DNA of 64,000 nucleotides from Candidatus Latescibacterota bacterium (GCA_965222075.1 OZ244937.1:2208001-2272000); one strand, 5' to 3'. Counted from the stretch's first letter, positions 50,339-60,859 are shown. Numbers and translations are program-made. Notes: generated by a model from the sequence alone, not told the origin.

Positions 50339-52267
50339 ATGAAACGCAACATTTTAACGATCTTGATCGTGAGCCTGTTCGCTTACAGCCATCCGGCGAT
50401 GGCGCAGAAGTGGGGAAAGGTGTCCAGGGACGTTTTGGCAATAACCTCCATACCGGAAGACCCGGAGGCCGATGCGGTTATCCTCTTCGATGTAGGCGAG
50501 ATAAAGATCACACCGCAATTTGACCTCCTGTTTAAACGCCACCTTCGGACTAAAATTCTCACCGAACAGGGATTGAAGTACGCGGATATTTCGATTCGAT
50601 TCTGGCATGAAGATAAGATCCAAAGACTGAAGGCCCACACAATACTGCCAGACGGCAAAAAGGTAAAGCTGAAGAAAAAGGACGTTTTTGAGAAACGGGA
50701 CCGGTCCTGGAAGCAGAAGGTCTTTGCCATCCCCGGCGCAGAAGTGGGTGCAGTAATCGAATACACGTATGAAAAGTACAGCAAATATATCACCTTTTTA
50801 CAGCCCTGGTATTTCCAGAACCGGGAATTTACGAAGGTGAACAAACTGACGGTAACCTCCCCCCTGGGCCTGTATTACTCTATGTTCTTTACCAACTTTT
50901 ACGGCAATGATCCAAGTCCGGCCAAAGAGGAATTTATCTCCCCGGATGGCATTGTGGTGAAAGAATTCACCTGGACCGTTGAGAATCTACCCGCCATCAG
51001 GCAAGAACCCTATATGACAACCCCCAAAGATTACCTTGCCGCCATCTATTTTCAGCTGCATACCTATCAAAGTCCATATCACAACGTCACATATATCAAA
51101 ACGTGGGATGACCTTGCCGGGGTTGTAAGAAAACGATATAGACCCTTTCTCGAAGACGACAACGGATTGAAAGAACTGGTGTTGGAATTGCTGCCTGAGG
51201 CTGAAAATGACCGTCAAAAGGCGCAGATCCTTTACACCTATGTGAAAAATTCGATTGAAACAACCCCTTACCGCGGCCTCCTGAGCGATCAGTTGAAGCC
51301 CCCCCATCAGGTGGTTAAAGATAAAAAGGGAAGCGCAGTTGAAAAGAACCTGCTGCTCATCAACCTGTTGAAACGCGCCGGCCTTGAGGCCTACCCGCTT
51401 CTCATCAGCACCCGCAATCACGGCAGGTTCCACGACAGGTGGCCGCAATTGCAGCAACTCAACCATGCCATCGCAGGTCTTCGCCTGGGCAAATCGCCTT
51501 ATTCCTTAGACACGGGAGATAAGTACTGTCCTTTTGGAATGCTGTCCCCCAACGACCTGTCCCATAAGGGGCTTCTGGTTACCGATCAGAATGGCCTGGT
51601 TATAGACATCCCTATGCATAAGAAGGTCAACATGCGCCATGCGAGCACCAGCGCCACATTGACCCAAGAGGGGGATCTAATCTGCCAGACCGTCCTGAAG
51701 TTTGAAGGCTACCGCGGGATGTCGGAACGGTCAAAGCTGAGTCGAAAAAAGGAAAAAGACTATATAAAGGAGATCTTGGAAGATCGCTTCAGCGACGTGA
51801 CCATAGACACCTTTAAAATAACGGGCATCGACGAAATAGACACGCCGCTGGAGGCCAGGATCGATTACCGCGTGCACAATTATGCGCAGGTGGTCGGCGA
51901 CATGGTCTACCTCACGCCGGCGCTCATCCACCGCCTTCAATCCAACCCTTTTAAAAGAGAGAAACGGAGCTTCCCGGTTGAATTCAGCTACAGCCGCGTT
52001 TATGAGGAAAAAGTGAACCTGACGATACCGGAGAACTATCAAACGCTTGAAACGCCCATCTCCCTTCGGAAGCTCTCCCGCGACCTCTATTTCACCTCTG
52101 TTTGTCAGGCGGATAGCAACCTGGTTAAATTTCAGCGTCATTTTACATTAAACAAGGTATTTTATGACCCCACAGAATACCCTGCGCTTCGAGACACCTA
52201 TGAACAAATCGTCAATTCCGATCAGGGACAGATCGTGTTGAAACGCCTGGCGAAATCCGACGAATAG
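50339..52267 (+). CDS. DUF3857 + transglutaminase-like + DUF3858 secreted protein (catalytic Cys absent)
   Basis: Signal peptide MKRNIL..AMA, GAVIEY.Y, PA...EPY, KKGSAVEKNLLL, LNHAI. Lower GC. Confidence 0.8.
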   Translation: MKRNILTILIVSLFAYSHPAMAQKWGKVSRDVLAITSIPEDPEADAVILFDVGEIKITPQFDLLFKRHLRTKILTEQGLKYADISIRFWHEDKIQRLKAHTILPDGKKVKLKKKDVFEKRDRSWKQKVFAIPGAEVGAVIEYTYEKYSKYITFLQPWYFQNREFTKVNKLTVTSPLGLYYSMFFTNFYGNDPSPAKEEFISPDGIVVKEFTWTVENLPAIRQEPYMTTPKDYLAAIYFQLHTYQSPYHNVTYIKTWDDLAGVVRKRYRPFLEDDNGLKELVLELLPEAENDRQKAQILYTYVKNSIETTPYRGLLSDQLKPPHQVVKDKKGSAVEKNLLLINLLKRAGLEAYPLLISTRNHGRFHDRWPQLQQLNHAIAGLRLGKSPYSLDTGDKYCPFGMLSPNDLSHKGLLVTDQNGLVIDIPMHKKVNMRHASTSATLTQEGDLICQTVLKFEGYRGMSERSKLSRKKEKDYIKEILEDRFSDVTIDTFKITGIDEIDTPLEARIDYRVHNYAQVVGDMVYLTPALIHRLQSNPFKREKRSFPVEFSYSRVYEEKVNLTIPENYQTLETPISLRKLSRDLYFTSVCQADSNLVKFQRHFTLNKVFYDPTEYPALRDTYEQIVNSDQGQIVLKRLAKSDE

Positions 52268-52296
52268 GATCAGATCGACGTTGGAGGTACAAAAAT

Positions 52297-54186
52297 ATGG
52301 CGACCAAAAGTCAGATCCCTGTACTTGTCGTGCTCTCGCTGGTCGCGGCAAGCCCCTCCCCGGGCAGGGAAAAATTGTGGCCCGAGGACGTCGATGCGAT
52401 AATCGTGCTGGATGAAAATAAATTTCAGGTAAAAAATCAAAACAAGGCGACGTTTAAAAAACATCGCCTTGTATACATCTACAACGATGCAGGAAAAAAA
52501 TATGGGAACGTCACGGTCTATGAAAATAAATTCATGAAATGCAAAAACATCATCGGTAGAATCACAGATTTGGATGGCAACCTGATCAGGGAATTGGGCA
52601 AAGATGACATTCAAAAAACGGCTCACTTTCCTGAATTTGTCCTTTATGAAGACTCCAAATACTACTGGTTCCAACTCGGATTGAGCACATTCCCCTATGT
52701 TGTAGAATATTCTTATGAAGTAGACTATAACACCCTGTTCTTCTGGCCGAATTGGTACCCCCAGAAGGACATCCCGGTCTTAAAATCCTCCTACCAGCTG
52801 GATACAGGGGGCCGTATCCAATACCGGACGCACGCGATTGGGATCGAAATCGAGCCGCAGTCCGCGGAAAAATCGACATGGGTATGGCAGCTCGAAAACA
52901 TCAAGCCCAGGGTCAAAGAGCGATTCATGCCTCCGGAAAACAATGTGCAAATGGCCCTCTATTTTGCCTCTACCCGGTTTAAGATCGGGAATTACGGGGG
53001 TTCGTTTGCCTCCTGGGATGGATTGGCGGAGTGGTACAACGACCTGTCTTCAGGACGATATGAACTCCCGCCTGGAGCGAAAGCGCAGGTTCTGAAACAG
53101 ATTGACGAAACAGACACCCACAGGCAGAAGGTTCAAAAACTCTACGCTTTTATGCAGGACCACACCCGCTATGTCGCCATCGAGCTGGGAATCGGCGGGT
53201 GGCAACCCTATTCGGCCGTATCGACCTTCAAGAATCGGTACGGGGACTGCAAAGACCTTTCCACCTTCATGATCTCTATGCTAAAGGAGGTCGGCATCAC
53301 GGCCTATCCGGCCCTCACGCGCACCCGCAACAGAGGGGCCTTGGTCAGGGAGTTCCCGTCCAACCAGTTCAACCACTGTATTACGGTCGTCCCCTTGCAG
53401 CGAGACACCCTCTGGCTGGAATGTACGGCGGATCTCCTGGCCGCGGATATGCTCCCGGCCGATGTTGAAGGCTGTGACGTCCTGGTGGTAAAAGAAAATG
53501 CAGGAGAGATCGTCCGCACCCCTCAGAGCCAATACGGGGACAACGTATCGGTAAGCAAAATCGAAGGAAGCGTAACGCCATCGGGGGCATTCACCTTCAG
53601 CGGGGAAATAATGGCCACCGGCAATATAAGCGCGTATCTGAGAGGAAAATTGTATGGCCGCAAGCCCGAGGATCGCAAGCAATGGCTGAGAAAATCCCTG
53701 GGCAGGTATCTGCCCAAACTTGACCTGATAGAATATGAAATCGATCGCTTAGACCGGGACTTCGAAAAGCCGGTGATCATCCGGTTCAAAGGGGCCTTGA
53801 ACAAATTCGGTGTGCGCAGTGCGAAAAGACTGTTCATCAATCCCAACATCCTGAATCGGTTGACCCCCGACGATCTGCCCAGAGAGAAAAAACGCCGGTT
53901 TCCGATTCACCATCGGTATGCGTTCATAAAAGTCGATTCGCTATCCATCTCGATTCCCGCAGGCTTCGAACTGGAGGCGGCGCTTGATCCGGAAAAGACG
54001 GCGACCCCTTTTGGCCACTTCGAGACGGCCTACGCCTTTACGGATGGTAAGCTGACATACAGCCGGACGTTCAGACGGGAACTGACGCATATCCCCCTGT
54101 CGATGTACGGCGCGTATGTATCCTTTCTGAAAAAAATCGTAAAAAAGGATCAATCACCGTTCGTCTTCAAGAGAGTGCAAGGATAA
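52297..54186 (+). CDS. DUF3857 + transglutaminase-like secreted protein
   Basis: TRYVAIELGIGGWQP, YGDCKDLS, FNHCI, WLECT. Confidence 0.85.
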   Translation: MATKSQIPVLVVLSLVAASPSPGREKLWPEDVDAIIVLDENKFQVKNQNKATFKKHRLVYIYNDAGKKYGNVTVYENKFMKCKNIIGRITDLDGNLIRELGKDDIQKTAHFPEFVLYEDSKYYWFQLGLSTFPYVVEYSYEVDYNTLFFWPNWYPQKDIPVLKSSYQLDTGGRIQYRTHAIGIEIEPQSAEKSTWVWQLENIKPRVKERFMPPENNVQMALYFASTRFKIGNYGGSFASWDGLAEWYNDLSSGRYELPPGAKAQVLKQIDETDTHRQKVQKLYAFMQDHTRYVAIELGIGGWQPYSAVSTFKNRYGDCKDLSTFMISMLKEVGITAYPALTRTRNRGALVREFPSNQFNHCITVVPLQRDTLWLECTADLLAADMLPADVEGCDVLVVKENAGEIVRTPQSQYGDNVSVSKIEGSVTPSGAFTFSGEIMATGNISAYLRGKLYGRKPEDRKQWLRKSLGRYLPKLDLIEYEIDRLDRDFEKPVIIRFKGALNKFGVRSAKRLFINPNILNRLTPDDLPREKKRRFPIHHRYAFIKVDSLSISIPAGFELEAALDPEKTATPFGHFETAYAFTDGKLTYSRTFRRELTHIPLSMYGAYVSFLKKIVKKDQSPFVFKRVQG

Positions 54187-54207
54187 GACAACTTCTAAAA
54201 ACTTAGA

Positions 54208-54236
54208 TTGACAGGAAACGTCGATCACGGTATCAT
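54208..54236 (+). promoter_or_regulatory. Sigma70-type promoter
   Basis: TTGACA-17 bp-TATCAT. Confidence 0.75.
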
Positions 54237-54289
54237 TTGGAGGCAATAGGAGTTACCCAAGGAAGCCGGGTTCATCCGGAGGAGAGGGT

Positions 54290-55681
54290 ATGAAAAAGCA
54301 TGCGATCGTGTTATACGGGCTCTGCGCCCTCCTGCTGTTCGTCGCCGCCCATACCTGGTCTCAGGATTCGAGTGTCGCCGCCTCGGACTTCGACGGCAGC
54401 GGCACCGTGGACTTCAAAGATTTCGTCACCTTCGCCCGGGGATTCGGGAAAAGCAGCAGCGACCCGGACTTCGACGCACGCCTCGACCTGAACGGAAACG
54501 GCGCCGTCGACTTTGCAGACTTCGCCATCTTTGCCCGGAACTTCGGAAAATCGGTCTCACAGCCGGCCCGCACGCTCATCTACATCAGCGATCCGGACTT
54601 TCTGGACACGTTCGGGAAAATCGAGGTCTACGACGCCCAGACGAACCTGCTCGACCGGACCATTCTGGTGCCTCTCCCACAGGGGATGGCTTATTCGTCC
54701 ACCAACAGACAGCTCTACGTGACAAGCGCCGACACCTTCTACGCCTTCTCGGAATCTGATGTACGAGCCTTTACGATCCCTCTGAAAGACCCTTCCGAAG
54801 AACCCGAAGGCATACCGCAAAGCCGGGGAGGATCCAAAATCGCGTTATCAACCGACCATCGGTTTGCCTTTGTCAGCGAAAACCAGATCGGGCAGGTGGA
54901 AGTAATCGACCTTCAGCAGAAACAGCCGGTTGCCCAAATTCCTGTTGGCCCCAGGCCCAATCCGGACCAACTTTTCATTACCATGGGAATCGTCGCCACC
55001 CCGGACGGCAGTGAAGTCTATGTGGGGCATCTGGGAAACGCCATCGCTGTCATTGACGCAGTGGCGTTTAGCTTCAAAGACAGCATCGTCGTGGAAAATA
55101 TGGCGCGTCGTCGTCTCGCACTCTCTCCGAACGGAGACCGGCTCTACGTGCCCGGTTTCCAAATCGTTCCCACGCCCGGAAGCGCCGACTCCTCGGTGGT
55201 CGCACAGATCCTGGCGATCGATCCGGCGACGAGGGCCGTCGTGGACACCCTGCAGGTAGGCGACGCCTCCGATCCGGGCAGCTACGTGGGGGATCTGGCA
55301 ACATCGAAAGACGGCGCATTCCTGTACGCAACCCTGACCTGGGAATTCGAAGCCTTCAGCCCTCAGTTCGACTTAACAAGAACGCAATATAAGGGAAAAG
55401 TAGTCATCGTAGGTACGGACTCCTTCAAAGTCGCAGGAAGTATTGAAATCCCGGATGCGGACGTGCTGTTCAACCTCGGCGTTTCTCCGGATGGGAAAAC
55501 CGCCTATGTAGCGGGCAAGGAAGCCCCCTTTGAGCCTGCCGCCCAGGTCTTCATCCTGGACCTGGAAGCCCGGCAGTACGTCGGGCCGCTTCGAGGATTC
55601 ACCGCCCCAACCGACATCAAGTTCCGGTCGGGAAAACCGGTTCTGCGTCCTACCGTGCTTCCGGAGATCATCGTATTCTGA
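54290..55681 (+). CDS. Secreted protein with a dockerin/EF-hand-like pair and a YncE/YVTN beta-propeller
   Basis: DFDGSGTVDFKDF..FA..FG and DLNGNGAVDFADF..FA..FG, plus repeated (S/T)PDG..(L/V)YV blades. Confidence 0.8.
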   Translation: MKKHAIVLYGLCALLLFVAAHTWSQDSSVAASDFDGSGTVDFKDFVTFARGFGKSSSDPDFDARLDLNGNGAVDFADFAIFARNFGKSVSQPARTLIYISDPDFLDTFGKIEVYDAQTNLLDRTILVPLPQGMAYSSTNRQLYVTSADTFYAFSESDVRAFTIPLKDPSEEPEGIPQSRGGSKIALSTDHRFAFVSENQIGQVEVIDLQQKQPVAQIPVGPRPNPDQLFITMGIVATPDGSEVYVGHLGNAIAVIDAVAFSFKDSIVVENMARRRLALSPNGDRLYVPGFQIVPTPGSADSSVVAQILAIDPATRAVVDTLQVGDASDPGSYVGDLATSKDGAFLYATLTWEFEAFSPQFDLTRTQYKGKVVIVGTDSFKVAGSIEIPDADVLFNLGVSPDGKTAYVAGKEAPFEPAAQVFILDLEARQYVGPLRGFTAPTDIKFRSGKPVLRPTVLPEIIVF

Positions 55682-55853
55682 TTCACCGCAGAGACGCGGT
55701 GTATCCCTCCCGGTACCAGACCTAACCGCAAAAAAAGTGTTGCACATATATCTCCATTCCATTAAATTTTCTGATAGCCCTGTGTGATGACACAGGGATA
55801 CAGGGATACAGGGGTCAGGGGGAAATCATTCACCCATACCAGGTGAGGAGAGC

Positions 55854-56909
55854 ATGCTCGCAACCCTTTTGCTGGAACCCGGCCGGCTGGAACTGCGGGA
55901 CATCGAAATCCCCAAGGCCGGTCCGGGCGAAGTGGTCGTCAGGGTTCGGACGGCGCTGACCTGCGGCACCGACCTGAAGGCGTTCAGGCGGGGGCATCCC
56001 AAGATACGCATGCCCGGTCTGTTCGGGCACGAATTCTCCGGCGATATCCATGAAGTGGGCGAAGGCGTGAAGGCGTTCAAAATCGGGGATCAGGTTATGA
56101 CCGCCCCCACCGCCCCCTGCGGGGAATGCGTCTACTGTAAAAAGGGCCAGGAAAACCTCTGCAGCCTGGTGATGGACACCATGGTCTGGGGGGCCTACGC
56201 GGAATACGTCCGGGTGCCGGCGCACATCGTCAAGAACAACATGTTCAAAAAACCCAAGCACCTCTCCTACGGCGAAGCCGCCATGCTGGAGCCACTCTCC
56301 TGTGTTGTCTACGGCATGGACCAGGTGGATATGCAGCCGGACGACACCGTCCTCATCATCGGCGCCGGAGCCATTGGGCTGATGCACATCATGGTCGCCC
56401 GCATCCTTGGCGCCGGGCGGATTATTGTTGCGGGCCACCGGGAGCACAGGGTGAAACTCGCCACCGCCCTTGGCGCCGACGCCGTCATCGATGCCGAGAG
56501 CGAAAGCACCATCGAGCGCGTCAAAGAACTCACCGACGGCATCGGTGCGGACCTGGTCATCGAATGCACCGGCCAGCTCGCCGTCTGGGAGAGTACGCCG
56601 GACCTCGTCCGGAAAGGGGGCACGGTCGTCCTCTTCGGCGGCCTCCCCAAGGGCACCCGCGCCACCTTTGACACCACCCGGCTGCACTACGACCAGATCA
56701 CCCTTAAAGGCGTCTTCCACTACAGCCGCAGCGCCGTTAAAAAGGCCTACCGGCTCCTCGCGGAAAAAAAGATCCAGGTCAACGGCCTCATCTCGGGCAC
56801 CTACTCTCTCTCGGACCTCAAACAGGTCTTCGATCTCCTCACGAAAAAAGGGAACGACGTCAAACTCGCCGTCGTTCCAACCGAACCCAACCCGGGCAAA
56901 GCAGGATGA
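55854..56909 (+). CDS. Zn-dependent MDR dehydrogenase (sorbitol/L-iditol DH-like)
   Basis: CGTD, GHE, structural Zn site C..C..C.......C, EPL.C, GAGAIG. Confidence 0.92.
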   Translation: MLATLLLEPGRLELRDIEIPKAGPGEVVVRVRTALTCGTDLKAFRRGHPKIRMPGLFGHEFSGDIHEVGEGVKAFKIGDQVMTAPTAPCGECVYCKKGQENLCSLVMDTMVWGAYAEYVRVPAHIVKNNMFKKPKHLSYGEAAMLEPLSCVVYGMDQVDMQPDDTVLIIGAGAIGLMHIMVARILGAGRIIVAGHREHRVKLATALGADAVIDAESESTIERVKELTDGIGADLVIECTGQLAVWESTPDLVRKGGTVVLFGGLPKGTRATFDTTRLHYDQITLKGVFHYSRSAVKKAYRLLAEKKIQVNGLISGTYSLSDLKQVFDLLTKKGNDVKLAVVPTEPNPGKAG

Positions 56910-56920
56910 GGCCTTAGCGG

Positions 56921-57958
56921 ATGCGCGTCGCCCGCCTCTACGACTTTGGAGACATTCGCATCGAAGAAGCGCCCGTTCCCAGGATCGGGCCGGGCGATGC
57001 CCTCGTCAAAATGGCGGTCTGCGGCATCTGCACCAGCGACACCCTTCCCTGGTACGTCCGCCGAAAAGCCCCCACCGTACTCGGGCACGAACCCGCAGGA
57101 ACCCTCATAGAGGTCGGGGCCGATGTCCGGGGATTTGCCCCGGGAGACCGGGTCTTCATCCACCACCACGCCCCCTGCATGGTCTGCCGCCTCTGCCGGG
57201 TGGGGCATTATTCAATGTGCCCCACCTGGAAGGCTTCCGCTCTCGATCCGGGGGGCCTTGCAGACTACGTCCGCGTTCCCGCCCTCAACCTTCGGATCGA
57301 CTCGATCTGCCTGCCCGATGCCCTCTCCTTTGAAGACGGCGCGCTCGTAGAACCCACCGCCTGCGCCGTACAGGCCCTCAAACGGCGCGCGCGCATGCAG
57401 CATGGCGACCGGGTGCTCATCATCGGCATGGGCATTATGGGGCAGATCCTCGCCCTGGTTGCCCGCCACTACGGCGCCCGCACCCTCATCGCCGCCGACA
57501 TGGTCCCCTACCGCCTGCGGGTTGCCTTCGACCTGGGCGCCGATATGGCCGTAGACGTCTCCCGGGAAGACCTGGCCGAATCTGTGGCTGTTGCTACGGA
57601 AAATGAAATGGCCGACCTCGTCGTGGTCGGCCCCGGCACCCTCCCCGCCATCCAGTCGGGCCTCGCCTGCACCGGCACAGGCGGCACCCTTCTCCTCTTC
57701 ACCCCAACCGAACCCGGCCAGACCCTTCCGATCAGCCCCTACGACTTCTACACCAAAGACATCACGCTCATCACCAGCTACTCCTGCGGCCCTCCCGACA
57801 CCCGAGAAGCCCTGGACATCATCGCACTGGGCGTCGTCACCGCAGAAAAACTCGTCACCCACCGCTTCCCCCTCGAAGAGGCCGCCGCCGGCTTCAAAAC
57901 CGTGGCAGAGGCGAAGGACTCCATCAAAACCCTCATCATCTTTGACGAAGAAATGTAG
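56921..57958 (+). CDS. Zn-dependent MDR dehydrogenase (sorbitol/L-iditol DH-like)
   Basis: C.SD, GHE, HHH.PC..C..C.......C, G.G.MG. Confidence 0.92.
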   Translation: MRVARLYDFGDIRIEEAPVPRIGPGDALVKMAVCGICTSDTLPWYVRRKAPTVLGHEPAGTLIEVGADVRGFAPGDRVFIHHHAPCMVCRLCRVGHYSMCPTWKASALDPGGLADYVRVPALNLRIDSICLPDALSFEDGALVEPTACAVQALKRRARMQHGDRVLIIGMGIMGQILALVARHYGARTLIAADMVPYRLRVAFDLGADMAVDVSREDLAESVAVATENEMADLVVVGPGTLPAIQSGLACTGTGGTLLLFTPTEPGQTLPISPYDFYTKDITLITSYSCGPPDTREALDIIALGVVTAEKLVTHRFPLEEAAAGFKTVAEAKDSIKTLIIFDEEM

Positions 57959-57969
57959 AGACACCGTAC

Positions 57970-57989
57970 GGGCACGGCATGCCGTGCCC
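57970..57989. repeat. REP-like perfect palindrome GGGCACGGCATGCCGTGCCC, copy 1
   Basis: Perfect 20-bp palindrome just after a stop codon. The same core recurs at 62204-62223. Confidence 0.85.
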
Positions 57990-58017
57990 ATCAATCCTAC
58001 CAGACAAGGAGACACCT

Positions 58018-58206
58018 ATGCCCTTTGTCACCGTCAAAATGCTCAAAGGCCGCACCGCAGACCAGAAAAGAGAACTGGTTAAAACCATCACAGACGCCAT
58101 GGCCACCATCTGCAACGCCAAGCCCGAAGGCACCATGGTCGTTATCGAAGAAATTGCCCGCGACCACTGGGCCCGGGGCGGTGTCCTGATCTCGGAACGG
58201 GAATAA
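58018..58206 (+). CDS. 4-oxalocrotonate tautomerase family protein
   Basis: 62 aa, catalytic Pro1 (MPFV), GRT.DQK..L, W..GG, AAGGAG SD. Confidence 0.93.
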   Translation: MPFVTVKMLKGRTADQKRELVKTITDAMATICNAKPEGTMVVIEEIARDHWARGGVLISERE

Positions 58207-58387
58207 ACAGGCTTCCACGATTGGAGAGATCACCGTGTCAGACGCCTGCATCTTCACCATACCCCAATCCACCTTCCACGCCGACCCTCTCAACGCGGTC
58301 CCGGTGGAACCATCCCATCTGTGGAAAGTCTAAAAATAGAGGGCTTATGGTGGACCGTGGAAAGGGCTCGCAACGATGGTTTGAGAC

Positions 58388-58416
58388 TTGACAGAAACAG
58401 CCCGGCGAACTATATT
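58388..58416 (+). promoter_or_regulatory. Sigma70-type promoter for the TPR gene
   Basis: TTGACA-17 bp-TATATT. Confidence 0.75.
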
Positions 58417-58477
58417 GACACCATCCCTTGGGAATCAATCATAGAATTAGAATTTATAATGGAAAGGAGTGCGTGTG

Positions 58478-59713
58478 ATGAGACCTGTTTTATCCCATCG
58501 ATCGGTCCGGTGGCCGGGTGTCACCGCCATACTGCTGGTTGTTGCCCTGGGGGCGCTGAGCGTGGGCACGGACACCGCCGTCGCTCAGGGGCAGAAAAAG
58601 AAGGTGTCCAAAGGGGACGCCGCCGTTGCCAAGCGATCGGGCAAATCCTATATGAAACTCCGGCTGTTCGACAAGGCCATTGAGCAGTTCGAAATCGCCA
58701 TAGAAGGCAATCCCAAAGATGTGGAATCCCAGTACTGGCTCGGCTTTCTCTACTCGAACAGGGGCCTCGTCGAAGAAATGGTCCAGCAGTTCGACAAGGT
58801 TCGCGCGTTAAAGAAGGGCGAAAAATACAAGAAAGACATGCAACAGATGCGGAACAGCTGGTGGACGCGCAAATTCAACACCGGCATAAACGCGATGAAG
58901 ACCCAGGACTTCAGCGAAGCGATCGAGGAATTTCAACTCGCCGAAACGATCATGCCCGAACGGGCGGACACCTATAAAGGGATCGGCCTGTGCTACCTGA
59001 ACATGGGACAGCACGAGGCCGGGATTGAATCCTACCTCAAAGCCATCGAACTGGACAGCACCGACGCCATGGTCCGGTACAACCTGGGAATCGCCTACTT
59101 GAACATCAATGAGCTCGAAAGTGCGAGACAGACCCTCCTCAAAGCCCATAAACTGGACCCGGAGGACCTGAACGCCCTGGAAAAACTGGCCCTCGCGGAG
59201 CAACGCATGGGCAATCCGGAAGGCGCGCTTCATGCCGCCGAAAAGGCCTTGAAGATCGACCCCGACAAGCTCGAGGTCCTGAGCATGGCGGGGCAGATCT
59301 ACCTGATGGGCGACGATTATGCCCGGGCGGCCGAACTTATGGAGAAGGTTGTGGCCCAACAGCCGGACAACGCCGCAGTCCTCTTCAACCTGGGGGCGGC
59401 ATACAAGGCCCTCAAACAGCACGACAAGGCAATAACCCAGTTCCTGAAAACCGTAGAAGTCACTCCCAACGATACCGACGCCTGGTACCAGCTGGGGCTC
59501 ATTTACGACCATCAGGAGGACCTTGACAGCGCCATTGCGTCCTTCGAGAAGGTGGTGGACTTGAAGCCGGGGAACGCGAAGGCCTGGGCAGCGCTCGCGC
59601 GCGCGTATGCGAGAAAGTCAAATACGACTTCAGGAGCGGAGGCGAAGGAGCTTGTGCGCAAGTCCAATGAAGCCGGTGCGATGTACCAGAGCCTGCTGGA
59701 TCAGGGGTCTTAA
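58478..59713 (+). CDS. Exported tetratricopeptide-repeat protein
   Basis: Signal peptide and multiple 34-aa A.Y.LG..Y......A...F......P repeats. Confidence 0.9.
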   Translation: MRPVLSHRSVRWPGVTAILLVVALGALSVGTDTAVAQGQKKKVSKGDAAVAKRSGKSYMKLRLFDKAIEQFEIAIEGNPKDVESQYWLGFLYSNRGLVEEMVQQFDKVRALKKGEKYKKDMQQMRNSWWTRKFNTGINAMKTQDFSEAIEEFQLAETIMPERADTYKGIGLCYLNMGQHEAGIESYLKAIELDSTDAMVRYNLGIAYLNINELESARQTLLKAHKLDPEDLNALEKLALAEQRMGNPEGALHAAEKALKIDPDKLEVLSMAGQIYLMGDDYARAAELMEKVVAQQPDNAAVLFNLGAAYKALKQHDKAITQFLKTVEVTPNDTDAWYQLGLIYDHQEDLDSAIASFEKVVDLKPGNAKAWAALARAYARKSNTTSGAEAKELVRKSNEAGAMYQSLLDQGS

Positions 59714-59778
59714 CAGGGGCAGGCGGTCGTGCCTCCTGATTTGAACCCTGCCGGCAAACCGATAAAACGGAGCATCCT

Positions 59779-60789
59779 ATGTACCTGACGGACGAAAAAG
59801 TAGCGGTCCTGGGAGCAGCCGGCGCCATCGGCTCCAACCTCGTCCAGGCCCTGCTCGCCTCCGGAACCGCAAACCGCATCGCCATGTACGACCCCTTTGA
59901 AAAGGGGCTGGAGGGAGCTGCCGAGGAGATCTACCACTGTGCTTTTCCCGAGGCCGACGTTACCTGGACCGTCGAAGTCGGAGAGGCCCTCACAGACGCG
60001 GCTTACATCATCACCTCCGGCGGCGCGCCCAGAAGAGAGGGGATGACGCGGGAAGACCTCACCCGGGACAACGCCCGGATCGCCCAGCAGCTTGGACGCG
60101 ACATCAAGCAGCACTGCCCGAAATGCAAATTTGTCCTCGTCATCTTCAACCCCGCCGACATCACCGGCCTCATAGCGCTGGTCCACTCCGGGCTGCCGCC
60201 GGGCAGGGTCTCTACCCTGGCCGGCTTAGACAGCACCCGTTTGCAGTCGGCCCTTGCCCAGCACTTCAACGTTCGCCAGAGCCGCGTCACCGGCTGCAAA
60301 ACCTACGGCGGGCACGGGGAACAGATGGCCGTCTTCAAAGGCGGCACGCAGGTAGACGGCGTCCTCTTGGAAGAAATCCTGAACGGAAAAACCGCCAACG
60401 GCATCGGCATGACCCCGGATGAGTGGACAGGCATCCAGGACCAGGTGCGCAGGGGAGGCGCCAGGATTATCGAGCTTCGCGGCCGGTCCTCCTTCCAGTC
60501 GCCTGCCCAGCAGAGCGTCTTCATGCTCCGTGGCGTGCTCGGACAGCCCTACGAATGGCCGTGCGGGGCCTACGTAGACGGAGAGGGATTCAACCACATC
60601 ATGATGGCCATGCCGACAACCCTCTCCTCAGAGGGCGTCTCCTGGAGCATGCCCGAGGCAACCCCTGAAGACCTCCAGTCCCTCAGGGACTCTTACAAGC
60701 ACCTGGTCGCCCTCCGCGATCAGATCGTTGCCGACGGCATCCTGCCCCCCCTCTCCCAGTGGAAAGAGAGCAACCCGAACCTGGACTGA
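59779..60789 (+). CDS. mdh: Malate dehydrogenase (Bacteroidota-type LDH/MDH family)
   Basis: GAAGAIGS, PR..GMTREDL, NPAD, LDSTR, GGHG, RGRSSFQSP. Confidence 0.88.
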   Translation: MYLTDEKVAVLGAAGAIGSNLVQALLASGTANRIAMYDPFEKGLEGAAEEIYHCAFPEADVTWTVEVGEALTDAAYIITSGGAPRREGMTREDLTRDNARIAQQLGRDIKQHCPKCKFVLVIFNPADITGLIALVHSGLPPGRVSTLAGLDSTRLQSALAQHFNVRQSRVTGCKTYGGHGEQMAVFKGGTQVDGVLLEEILNGKTANGIGMTPDEWTGIQDQVRRGGARIIELRGRSSFQSPAQQSVFMLRGVLGQPYEWPCGAYVDGEGFNHIMMAMPTTLSSEGVSWSMPEATPEDLQSLRDSYKHLVALRDQIVADGILPPLSQWKESNPNLD

Positions 60790-60859
60790 GGGAATCGAAC
60801 CGGAGGATCAGGGGTGGGAGACGATCCTGTGAGCCGTCTCGGGTAGGGAGAAAACCATG

